In this document: one piece after another, positions 1 to 11,593 of the stretch
Layout: each line of letters starts with the position of its first letter
Position numbering within the stretch: the first letter of the stretch is position 1
Assembly: GCA_030141605.1 (NCBI GenBank)
Contig: JAQGDQ010001259.1
Span: 1 to 51,480 of the forward strand
Origin: Tubiluchus corallicola
Lineage: Eukaryota > Animalia > Priapulida
Length of the DNA: 51,480 nt
Direction: 5' to 3'
The notes under the pieces: model-generated
Database searches by the model: none
What the model was told of the DNA's origin: nothing
What the model saw: only the letters and a program-made list of their open reading frames with translations
Made by a program: the position numbers and the translations under genes

Positions 1-977
1 TGCTTAAACTAATTCAAACATCTGCAGCTTTCTTAACGTTCACGCAAAAATATTACAAAATTAGCTCTCTGTTTCTTGTAAAAACTTATTATACTTTTCA
101 CGAAGATTGACAGTGTGCTACTTTTCTTCAGGACAAATGACGTCATTGGAAGAAGAATGAGCGTTGAAAATGGGAGCGCCCAAGCATGAAATTATCACAG
201 CTTTAAAGTGATTTTACTAATTATACGAGATGCTTATTGCAGTTTTATTACTAAATCCTACTAACATTTTTTGTGAACATTGAAATAAGTAAGAAGCTGA
301 ACAACAGTTTGATTTTAAAGTCCACGTTGAGAAGTACGGATTCGGCAATAAAAGTGAAGTTCGTCCACAATGAGTCATTCACTGATGTAGAGTTTTCTGC
401 AGGCGATGGTAATTCTCCTTCTACCATACCAACATCAACGGTGCAAATGTGTATGAATATATGCAATACTCATTCACTGAAACCTGCAAATCAAGGGCAA
501 GTTATGCCAATAATCACTGCAAAACCAAAAACCATAAAGACTTGAAAGTGGAAATTTTAAAAAGGAAAAAAGATGTAGAGCTATGTATGAAACTGCTATT
601 ACTACATATAAGCAAGCAAAGCCTGAATTTCCTACTCTCTGGGTGATCATGATATCCTTGACAATCAAATTTAAAGAAAAGGGAAGTCTTCTGGGAAATT
701 AAACTTATTTCAATGTTCACAAAAAATGTTAGAAGGATTCAGTAACAAAACTGCAATAAGCACCTCATGTAATAAGCAAAATCACTTTAAGGTCGCGATT
801 GTTTCCCGTTTGAATGCCCATTTTTTTCAATGACGTTATTTGTCCTGAAGAAAAGTAGCGCAATGTCAATTTTGCTCAAAAGTATAATAAGTATTTACAA
901 AACAATTAGATAGCTAATTTCGTCACATTTTCGCTTGAACCTTAGCTAAGCTGCAGAAGTTTGAATTAGTTTAATCA
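1..977. mobile_element. Foldback/non-autonomous DNA element with ~290-bp inverted arms (1-288 / 705-977); mirror 50504-51480
   Basis: Arms are diverged reverse complements. Solo arm copies at ~8021-8430 and ~20620-21008. Confidence 0.7.
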
Positions 978-1043
978 GTGCACACTTACGGAGAGCCACG
1001 ACGTCTGCCTGTTACTGCACACTAAGATAAATTTATACATAAA

Positions 1044-1075
<32 letters not shown>

Positions 1076-1320
1076 AATAATAATAACAGCAATAACAACA
1101 ACAACAACAACAATAACAACAACAATAACAACAACAGCAACAATAATAACAACAACAACAACAATTACAACAACAATGCCAACAACAGCACCAGCACCAG
1201 CAGCAACAGCAACAGCAGCACCAACATCAACAACAACAATAACAACAACAATAGCAACAACAACAACAACAACAATAACAATAACAATAACAATAACAAC
1301 AACGACAATAATAATATTGA
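1044..1320. repeat. Compound (ATG)n/(AAT)n/(AAC)n microsatellite; mirror ~50167-50437
   Basis: Direct reading. Confidence 0.95.
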
Positions 1321-1860
1321 TTTTAATAAAGGATGCATTTACTAAAGACCCGGGAGTCTAAAAACACCTATGTAATACAGCACTGTACTTTAGAGAACGT
1401 TATTATCATTAATCATTGCTGCCTGCGGAGCGTTGATAAATTACCTGTGCTGACAAAGTTTACACTGTGAAAACCAGTTTCTCAGAACCAGGAAAGCCCG
1501 AAAAATTCACTAATGACGTAGTTACTTCTTTAATGCTATGTATAGGGCCTACGTCTTAGGATAGGAAAGATCGGTAATTAACTTATTATTAAAATGATAT
1601 CGTTTTGAACAAATTATATAGATTATTTTATATTTAGTGTGGACAATAGATGTCACTACTAACTGACTCAGAAAATAACTTATCTATTCCAGAAATTTAC
1701 ATATCAAAATTTTGAGAATACATTAGTATAAAAGCTTATAATAAATGTAGTTAGTATCATGTGATAAAATAATATAGCTCCACGCTGTGAGACAATATTA
1801 TCACGTAAAACAGTTAAAATAAATCGCTTGTATGGTGACTTTTTGATAAAAAATGTTTAG

Positions 1861-2505
1861 TTAAAGCAAAACCGGGCCCCATCTTAGACTGCGGGTCAAA
1901 ACAATCTACTCAAAATCTACTCAACTTTAAAATATTGAAAGGAACATACTATTTTTTTCGAAAATGACTTAGATGTAAGAATTATTACCACACAAACACA
2001 ATTTCATGTTCGCGCCACTAGTTCCTCGCTGTTACATGCATTTCGCCATTCGCTAATTAGACGAGCGCTAGCGTCCGCATTTTGGAAATGACATTGCATA
2101 AAAAAACAGGCGCTGTACCTATCAGTTCATATGTGTTAGTTTGTCACGAACTACACACGTTCGACAGCTCATGCGTGAGCACAGTGGTAAATTTGAAATT
2201 TGAATATTTATCTTAAAACTGCCTAGTTTTATTACAACACAGTGAACATCTTTCAGTAGCACTGTACTTCAATTTTCTCTTTTGCAAACTCGTACAACAC
2301 GCTCGTGGAATATTTTTGCTGTTCAAAATTAGTGTTAGTTTGTGATGTCATCAATAGTTGGGCTCGCCTGTCGTTAATTAAAATCTTAATCTATTATTTA
2401 ATTATCAGAAACGCTTTTGAAGTATTAATTGTGCTAAAATGTATACTTTCTATTGGGCTTGCAGCTGGGATAGTATATGAAAAATCGTAAATCTTCCACC
2501 TTTAA
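1861..2505. mobile_element. Related TTAA-bounded element in the Hox3 intron; mirror 48982-49626
   Basis: Begins ttaaagcaaaa and ends ctttaa; shares ctacacacgttcgacagctcatgcgtg and downstream sequence with 10540-10915. Confidence 0.55.
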
Positions 2506-2782
2506 ATCATACACAGGTTTTGTTTTCAAAAGAAACCCAATTAAAAAATAACTACTTTACAGTTTTAAATATTAAATTAAAAAGAAGATACATACAACGT
2601 TTCAACAGAACATTACGTTCCATTTTACTACTTTCAGTTTACTATCTAGTAGTAATTGTCCAATAATTAGACCTATTAGAATAAATTTTTGTGTGGCTGT
2701 ATTTTTTTTACCAAAAACGACGGAATCTATGATCGCAACATTGTTTAAAGTTTATGCTGCTAAATACCCCCAACACGGTGTT

Positions 2783-3015
2783 TTAATGATTTAATTTGAT
2801 TATTTTCAACAAGAGGTGAGGTACATACTGTATACGAATCCATAAAAAGTATCTTCGTGCAGCTATTTAAAAAATATATAGGCTATATCGGCTCTCACCA
2901 GAGTTTATGCATAGTTTGCAATCATAACCTTTTCAAATGATTGCGTGAAGATACTTTTTATGGATTCGTATACAGTATGTATTCTTTTTGAAAAAAATCA
3001 AACTAAATCATTTAA
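2783..3015. mobile_element. Small hairpin/MITE; mirror 48472-48704
   Basis: 35-bp perfect inverted repeat 2822-2856 / 2947-2981 inside longer imperfect arms. Confidence 0.7.
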
Positions 3016-3016
3016 A

Positions 3017-3074
<58 letters not shown>

Positions 3075-3080
<6 letters not shown>

Positions 3081-4345
3081 TAATATCAATAAATAAAACA
3101 AAAAAAAATAAAAAAGATCAAACTACTCAGTTAATTTATTAGTTTTTTAAATGTACTTTCCTTATGTAAAATGTTATTGTATGATGACAATAAACCAATC
3201 ATTCTGGTTTATTGTCTTACTATGTTGTGTTGTATTATAGGTATTGTATTGTATCGTATTATGCATGTATTGTATAGCATTGCATTGTATTGTATTGTAT
3301 TGTATTGTATTGTATTGTATTGTATTGTATTGTATTGTATTGTATTGTATTGTATTGCATTGTATTGCATTGCATTGCATTGCATTGCATTGTATATATA
3401 TATATATTTGTATTGTATATGTATATCAAGAACATCGTTTAACTGGATTATGGATAGACTGTGTTTTTCTGTGTAGTTTACTTCAATTAAGTATATTAAG
3501 CCTAATTAAGTGATATGCAGCTAAGATAACGAAATATTTAGCTCTTTTCCTTTAATATCGATTTTTTATGTTTTCAAAGAACGTGTGTAATCGAATGTCT
3601 GCCTGACTAGTGACTTAGTGAAATCATATGATGTACTACAGCCAGGCAATGCCTGTTAAATTTTAATACATGAAATTAGCTCAAAAATTGATGCATTAAC
3701 TGATGATTATTACATTCGACTATTCGGTTTATTTATTTACAAATACAGTAAATAACGTATTGTTGTTATGTAAAATGCTATTGTCTGATGATGATAAACC
3801 CATCAATGCGCTTTATTTTCTTAGTATGTTGTGTTGTATTATATTTATTGCTTTGTATTCTATACACAATTCAAGCAATACAATGGAATGCAGTATGATA
3901 CGGTACGATACGATATGATACAATGCAATACAAGACAAGACAGAGAAGACAATACAATGCAATGCAATGCAATGCAATGCAATGCAATGCAATACAGTAC
4001 AGTACAGTACAGTACAATACAATACAATACAATACAATACAATACAATACAATACAATACAATACAATGCAATACAATGCAATACAATGCAATACAATGC
4101 AATACAATACAACACAATATATATATATATATATATATATATTGTGTTCTGTTGTATTGTATTGTATTATATACATATGTAATACAGTACAATACAATAC
4201 AATACAATACAACACAACATAGTAAGACAATAAACCAGAATGATTGGTTCATCATACAATAACACTTTACATAGAAAAATACCTTTAAAAACTAATAAAT
4301 AAACCGAGTAGTTTTTCTTTTTTATTTTATTTATTTATTTTAGTT
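3075..4345. repeat. Foldback structure with (TTGTA/TTGCA)n and (TACAA/TGCAA)n pentamer arrays; mirror ~47138-48412
   Basis: 3121-3240 is the inverted counterpart of 4205-4313; each arm runs inward into a pentanucleotide array; third partial copy at ~3720-3860. Confidence 0.8.
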
Positions 4346-4603
4346 TTAGTATATGTATATATATAATTATACTAAAGTAGTCAGAAAAAGATGATTTCAC
4401 TCAAGGATAGATGACACGGCTGCAACAGAAGCCAAAATTTAGTTTATTTTTGCATAAAAATTATGCATAAAATATTAGTATATATAAATATACATAACTA
4501 GGTATGGTTGTCTACAAAATATACTGATCACTCATCCTGTCAGATTTAACCTGACAAGAAGAGCTGAAAATCTACTATATCAAAGACTGTACTAATTACT
4601 CAC

Positions 4604-5021
4604 CTGCGATATGAGTCAGATGCTGCCGCTGCTTCGCGTTCTGACGGGATTCCTTCATCCAGGGATACACCTCTTTACAGGGTTCCGGCGGAAATGGCGG
4701 ACTCTGCGGACCCGGAGAGGTGGCATAGTGGTAAGAGAGATTCGTGGCGGGCCGCATGCACGACGCGTAGTCCTGCGGCACCGTGGCTCCGGCAAAGTCG
4801 TGGACAGTGTCCATGTAGCACTGCGGCCATCGCGAGTGCGCGTCCAAGGAGGAGGGGGTCTGGTACTCGCTGTAGTTGATCTGCGACGGTTCGTAATAGC
4901 CGTTGATTGCACTGGAATTGTTGTTGTAACCCGCGTAAGAATCCGAAGGTTCTGCGTAGAATGCTTTCTGCATCTCCGTGCGGGTGCTGAAATTTATTGC
5001 TGTATGGCAAGGCTTTGACAT
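4604..5021 (-). CDS. Hox3: Hox3-like homeobox gene, first coding exon (N-terminus + hexapeptide), copy 1
   Basis: GC-rich ORF with MQKAFY (cf. Hox3 N-terminus MQKATYY; alternative ATG at 4973) and KEVYPWMKESRQNAKQRQ (paralogue-3 hexapeptide context). It ends at donor GCAG|GTGAGT (phase 1). Homeodomain exon not in window. Confidence 0.88.
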
Positions 5022-5039
5022 TCTAATGGATCACATTTC

Positions 5040-5125
5040 TGCTGCGTACCACGTGATCTAGAGTAGCCAATAGGCGACGAGGGAACGAATGTCGAGCGAG
5101 ACCTGTAATAGAAAAGTGAACTTAT
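5040..5125 (-). promoter_or_regulatory. Hox3 5' region: candidate splice acceptor, CCAAT box and CACGTG E-box
   Basis: Gene strand reads ttcacttttctattacAG|gtctc ... cctattggct ... gatcacgtggta within ~100 nt of the ATG. Confidence 0.5.
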
Positions 5126-5980
5126 ATTTGCGGAAGTTTATCAAAATAGAGAACAATATCGTTAATATTAGGAATTATTGATAATATGCATTTGCTCGTA
5201 TTAATATTCTCTGAAAAATAGTAAGCGACGCGCATGCGCAATAAGTTCATGGGGGGGGGGGGAGGTGGGGTGAGGAACCATCGGGAATGAGGGGGTCTAG
5301 TCCGTGGGCCACCGAGTGAGTGGACTTTGGACAGAAACCCTAGAAACAACTTTACTTAGTGGTTGCAGGGGGGGGGGGAGGGGATGACCGGAATAGATTT
5401 TTGAGAATATATTTGAGATTTTTTCCAATATATTCTATCAAGTAATTCAATTGGATTTATTTCACACTTAAAATCGACATGAAAAATACGCATAAACATA
5501 TATATGCGTACACACACACACACACATATATATAAGAAATGAAGATTACACAAAACATAAAGCTATAATTACTGAAATGACAAAAAACACACATACAAGA
5601 GGACACGTTATTTATATAATTATATACAAAAGGCAATGTACACGAAATTAATTCAGTAAAAATAATTGTGTTTATTACAGTAAAGACGCATTGCAACAAC
5701 TCATTTTTTATGGAAAGATAAGAGGGAAACAGTTGCAACCTGAAAGCACACGTATTAAACCGATTAAAGTTATATAAATCAGCAAATGTAATTAGCTTTG
5801 TACAATTTATTGAAATAAAACATTAAGCGAAGTTTAAATTTAATAAAAACATTAAAAAAGTTTTACAAGTCTGATTCAGATCCACACAAATATCTGTAGG
5901 TTCTTCCTTGTCATGCCTACTTGTTTACAAAATTTTCTGGTAATCGAACACGTTGTTTTTGAAAAAAAGAAAAATTAGGC

Positions 5981-6024
<44 letters not shown>

Positions 6025-7160
6025 GGACAGACAGACAAATTACCCAAGATTCCTGGTAGTAAGTCATTATTAATCAAAATCGTTAATTCTCCAGTCGAAA
6101 TGAAAATTAAAATTTTAGCACAGAAACAAAAAGTTACGTTACTCGAAAGACGAAAAATGCAACACGCAGACATTATTATGTACTCTATTCTTACACATTA
6201 TTTTTGTAAAACCACTGCATCCTTCAACTACAAAATGAATACAACAACCGAAGCGCACGTATAGCATCAGTGCGTATAATCTACGCAGATGATGTAGTGG
6301 GTATTTATAATGGCAGCACAGATTCGGAAACTTGGAATAACACACACGCGCGTGTTACAAGAATATAGGCTCCAAACTAAAGAGTTCTCTCTCTTATGCA
6401 GTTTGACAGACAGCAGCAGACATGTAAAACAACACGGGTTTGATTGGCATGACGATACATGAAAATTAAAATTCAGCATTCAGCTGTCAGACGAGTGGAG
6501 AGAAGTATTTGGCTCCATATTGCGAGATGTCGAACCGGCGAAGTAGATGGGACATCCTATAATATGGCGTTCACATAGCTGATATGGTGTATGTGCCTGC
6601 TTGTAGTAGGCCTACATATCTGGGTACATATCAGAACACGTATAGTTGTGTAGGTCTCTACACATACAGTGCTCTAGGTTTTACGGTAAAAATTGTCTAA
6701 AACTGGGTCAACTGTGTTTTTTTGGATGTTGTGTCTGTAACGGGTTGTCTGGATCAGGGTTCGCCTGTCAATCCCGAGTTACAGCCGGACAAGTGTTGCC
6801 GTACTGCACACGTCGATATTGAGTTTTTGTTTGTTGAAATAGTCTGTCAGAGCTGCGCAAAGAGTTGACGTGTTTCTGAGTAAACATCATCTACGCGAAT
6901 ACGTAAAGAACAGCTTGTAGTTATTATAAAATCACATTATAAAATACGCGAAAGAGTCAGCTTATAGGATTCAACATGTTTATTGAGCGACGATCGTTTT
7001 GGCTACTGAAGTCATTGTCAAACTATAAATGAAGCCAAAATAAGAGCAAATAATACATTATTCATACAGAGACACAAACAGAAACTACAAAACAACAGAT
7101 TAGAATTTAACTTATCAAAACAAGATGGGTTGTAACAGAAGAAATTGCAGAGAAGTGCAG

Positions 7161-7666
7161 AAAATTGTTTTTTATTTTAATAATGTTTACTGCCGTTGTT
7201 CTTCATTATGTCAGCTTGGACTAATTGTTTACCATGTTGTGTTTTATTCTAATAATGTTTACTGCTGTTGTTCTTCTTTATGTAAGCCGACTAATTGTTT
7301 ACCACGTTGTGTTTTGTTCTAATAATGTTTACTGTTGTTTTTCTTCTTTATGTAAGCCGACTAATTGTTTACCACGTCGTGTTTTGTTCTAATAATGTTT
7401 ACTGCTGTTGTTCTTCTTTATGTAAGCCAACTAATTGTTTACCACGTTGTGTTTTGTTCTAATAATGTTTACTGCCGTTGTTCTTCATTATGTAAGCTTG
7501 GACTAATTGTTTACCACGTTGTGTTTTGTTCTAATAATGTTTACTGCTGTTGTTCTTCTTTATGTAAGCTTGGACTAATTGTTCACCATGTTGTGTTTTT
7601 TTCTAATAACGTTTACTGCCGTTGTTCTTCATTATGTAAGCTTGAACTAATTGTTTACCATGTTTT
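7161..7666 (+). repeat. 70/72-bp minisatellite, ~7 copies; mirror 43815-44320
   Basis: Unit ctaattgtttaccacgttgtgttttgttctaataatgtttactgctgttgttcttctttatgtaagccga starts at 7221, 7291, 7361, 7431 and onward. Confidence 0.95.
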
Positions 7667-7830
7667 GTTATTTTCTGGTTCTCACGTGTTAGTAAAATTT
7701 TCTCTGCAATTTCTTCCATTATAAACTCGTTTGTTTTTATAAGTTAATTTCTGATCTGTTGTTTTGTAGTTTCAGTTTGTGCCTTTGTATCATTAATGTA
7801 TTATTTATTCTTCTTCTTGGCTTCATTTAT

Positions 7831-7869
7831 AGTTTGATAACGGTTACGGTAGCCGAAACGATCGTCGCT
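7831..7869 (+). ncRNA. Candidate minimal type-I hammerhead ribozyme, U3-A8 core variant; mirror 43612-43650 (-)
   Basis: agt-TTGATAA-c-ggttacggtagcc-GAAA-cgatcg-TC-gct: stem II, GAAA, palindromic stem III and GUC triplet. Helix I is only 3 bp. Confidence 0.45.
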
Positions 7870-8799
7870 CAACAAACATGCTGACATGATAAAATATTTA
7901 GCTTACAGTTAAATGGAAGACTTTCACTTGATGTTTATCTTTGATTCTTTGTAGCAAATGGAACAAGGAATTTAAAAATGAACCATCTTAAAGAAAATCC
8001 CTTAGCACGTTGGGTTTATTTAAAGTACCGCTGTATAGAAATTTTGTGGCGCAGTGGTAGCAGGGCATTCACTTGAAAATTATGACGTAACTGGTGGACT
8101 TCGTGACTTTTCATAACTGACCGTAAGAGCGCGCTCCTTAAACTAATTCAAATTTCTGCAGTCTACGTAATGTTCATGCAGAAAAATCATAAGTCGGCTA
8201 TCTTATTTCTGGTAAAAACTTTTTATACCATTTGCATAAAGTCAAAGTGTGCTGTTTTTCTTCAGCCTATGACTGACGTCATCGGTGGAAAAATGGTTGT
8301 TCAAAATGGAAACGCCCAGCTGTGAAATGATCGACGCTTTAAAATGATTTTACTAATTACACGAAGCTCTTATCAAACTCTTACTATTATTAAACACTTC
8401 TAACATTTTTCGTGAATGTTGAAATAATTCTAAATTTCAACAATGCATTGGCTTTTCTACTAATTATTATAGTGCTACCGTATTCTTATCTAGAAAAAGG
8501 TAAACTAATAGGTTCAGTAGCATATATATATATATATTTAAAAAATTAAAACAAACAAAAAATTCTTTTAACGCGAGTACGATATACGCATAAAATTGCT
8601 GTAAGGTAATATATTTTTAAGACGATTTTTTCCGAAACCTACTTCAGGTAGGTACCCCTTTTCTTGTCCTTTAGCTATCGCTACAAGATATGATAAGTTA
8701 TTCAATTAGATGTAACTTATGTGACCCAATGATGAAATTGAAATGCTTAGTCACCCACGGGAATTTCAGGCTTAATCGAAATTAAAATTTAAGGAAGAC

Positions 8800-9100
8800 G
8801 TCTACAATTCTTCACACAATTTAAATACCCTAACCCTAACAATAACCCTAATCCTAACCCTAACCCACCCTAACCCTTACCCAAACCCAAATCCAAACCC
8901 AACACTAATTCTAATCTTAATCATAACCCTAATCCACCCTAACCCTTACCCAAACCCAAATCCAAACCCTAACACTAATTCTAATCTTAATCATAACTGT
9001 AACCCACCGTAACCCTTACCCAAACCCAAATCCAAACCCAACACTAATTCTAATCTTAATCATAACCCTAACCCACCCTAACGCTTACCCAAACCCAAAT
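8800..9100 (-). repeat. Truncated inverted copy of the telomere-like satellite element; mirror 42381-42681
   Basis: gtctacaattcttcacacaa followed by (taaccc)-like 60-bp units. Flank 8546-8800 is also homologous to 13743-14012 inverted. Confidence 0.85.
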
Positions 9101-10299
9101 CCCCGTTTCTTGTCCTTCACACATTTACAATCGGAAATTTTTGTGCTCAATTAATAAAACTTGAAGCAGCCGAATAAAATGATTTCCGTAAGTTTGGCTA
9201 TCTAAAAATTTTCCATAAACATAAAACTATACTCTCCCAGCCGTAAAGCCAAAAAATCTGCATAATTTCCTCTAAAAATACTAAAACTTACTCAACAACT
9301 TATGGAAGTAATCTACAAAGACGATTCTAAGCCATCATACCTAAAGGTAGGCGTACACCAGCACTTCCCGCACGACACCGACTTGAAGCGACCAACTTCA
9401 ACTTATCAACGTCTTCTAATTGTCAATCACCAAAATTTTGTGTTCCACGAATTTTTGGAGTTCCATTTTTGGTTCACGTGAGAGATCCGAAGCGGAGCTG
9501 CAGAAAATTTATTGCACATTATCCGCGCGGGTGTCTTAAAACTTCTAGAGCGGCGAGGTGCGTTGACACTAAAGTGGTACGCGCAGTCGGTTGTAAATAC
9601 CTTTTATGAGACAAGAAGAATCTTCTGTCGGCAAGAGACAAACGCATAGGAGACAATGAGAGGACAAATAATCTGCATATGATCTACCGTTTATTGCACA
9701 ATACACCACCGTTCCAGAGCTGTCTCAGCCCACTGGACATGGTCATATGGGACAGTCTAGGCGCACGCAGGTAACACCTACCTGTAATCAACCACATCTC
9801 ACAGCTAACTCATTCTAATCGATTCTTCGTCTAGCTACATAAGTAAAACAATTGAGCGTCTCGGTTTAAAACACTGATTGTATTAGCTGCTGCCTGGGGC
9901 TTTGAAATAACATAACAGCTTTTACACAACAGTTAATTCCAGCACTAAGCAGTCCTGTTGAATTTGGCTGAGAAATGCCGTTACCTATGGGGTTTTACGA
10001 GAACCATGATTTATAAAAATGGAAATCAGATGTTATATGGTAATTAATTAAGAATCGATTAATTACTAGTGTAATTTAAATTATTTCACTTCTTATGATG
10101 GGTATTGATTAGGTATTGATTAGGTATTGATTAGGTAACTACAGTAAGGTAAAAGTGTCGACTGTCGAGAATAAATTCTATGTTTATACACTCAATTACT
10201 ATTACGTGCAGGTGTATGGTCTATGCATAGGTCTATGGTACAGTGCATTTTTCAGTAACTGTTTTAGGGGCTTCATAAGAAGAAAGCATTAAGAAAAAT

Positions 10300-10915
10300 T
10301 TAAAGCAAAATGGGATGATTTTTCCTATCCTACCCTATTTTGAAGTACGGTAAAAAGTGTATATTTTAACACTTGTAATAGTGCTATTTAAAGCGTTTCT
10401 GATAATTAGGTAATGGGGCGGGTGAGCCCAACTAATGATGATATCACAAATGAACATAATTTTCAACAGCACAAACATTGTACGTCTGTGTTGACACGTG
10501 TTTGCGAAAGCGAAAGTTGAAGTACAGTGCTTTCAGCTCAGATGTGTTACTTTGTGACGTACTACACACGTTCGACAGCTCATGCGTGGGTACAGCGGTG
10601 AATTGGAAATTTGATTTTTTATCTTAAAACTTGCCTAGTTTTAGTACAACACACTGAATATCTTACAGTAGCTCTGAACTTCAATTTTCTCTTTCACAAA
10701 CACGTAAAACACGCTAGTAGAATATTTTTGCTGTTAAAAATTATGTTAGTTTGTGATGTCATCAATAGTTTCGGCTCGCCCGCCGTTAATTAAGTTTTTA
10801 ATCTATTATATAATTATCAGAAGCGCTTTTGCAGTGTTAACTGAGTTAAAATGTATACTTTTTATCTGACGTGAGAATGGGGTAGTATATGAAAAATCAT
10901 CCAGTCTTCCGTTAA
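10300..10915. mobile_element. MITE-like element with ~230-bp imperfect TIRs bounded by TTAA; mirror 40566-41181
   Basis: ttaaagcaaaatgggatgattttt ... aaaaatcatccagtcttccgttaa; 10540-10915 is homologous to 2130-2505. Confidence 0.65.
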
Positions 10916-11593
10916 ATTGTAAGCAACTATAACTTTGCCTATTTTGCTGTTCGTATGTATTTAGTGCAGACGCGATAATTTTACCTAATAAAATTTCTCT
11001 TCCAGAAGGCGTTAAAAGGTTTTTCTGGAAAAACACTTTCCGTTGAAAGAAAGGGTATATAAAGTTCCCAAACGCTTCCAGACGTTTGACCTTTCATTTT
11101 CATCCAAGGTCAAACAAAAATACTCACACCTTTTTAAGCGAGTAACAAATTTATGCAGACAGTCGAAACTTACTTCTGTTTTCTGATGATTGATCGAATG
11201 TCGCTAATCGAGCCAACAATTTTTTAAGTCGCAGGCATTAGAGGGAAAAGGGGCACGCAACGCAGCAATAAACAACTATACCTTCCCCAGAGGTGAATAT
11301 AAGGACAGATTTATAATAAAAATATACCTTAGAAGAAAAAGAAAACACGTTTCACTAATTTGGTCGCAAGCAATTTGAATACGAGACCTTCACACCTGGA
11401 AGAATTTCCTAATATTTCATTTGTGTAAATTACTAATGGTGTTCTTCCATGCATAATGTCACGTAAGACGTTGGACTGTTGAGTGAACGTGCTCACTGTA
11501 AGTAGTATAGATAAATCGATCGTTTCTATAGAAACGAAACTGTGTGACGAAATGAGGGATTATTCAAATCAATCGTTTTGATATTGGACGATA

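Larger units (their letters stand above)
6972..7883. mobile_element. Inverted pair of Penelope-pLTR-like repeats (6972-7154 / 7700-7883) around a minisatellite; mirror 43598-44509
   Basis: ~180-bp imperfect inverted arms, each ending in a hammerhead-like motif followed by aataaa/aacaaa. Confidence 0.6.

Noticed and set aside
273-720. Short ORFs in the loop of the 1-977 foldback element
   Set aside because: No recognisable transposase or other domain; too short to call.
4611-5018. Antisense and alternative-frame ORFs over the Hox3 exon
   Set aside because: By-products of GC-rich coding sequence; only the YPWM frame has recognisable motifs.
7161-7666. CRISPR-like periodicity (also 11802-12442 and 21433-21621)
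   Set aside because: Units are contiguous with no unique spacers, there are no cas genes, and the context is eukaryotic.
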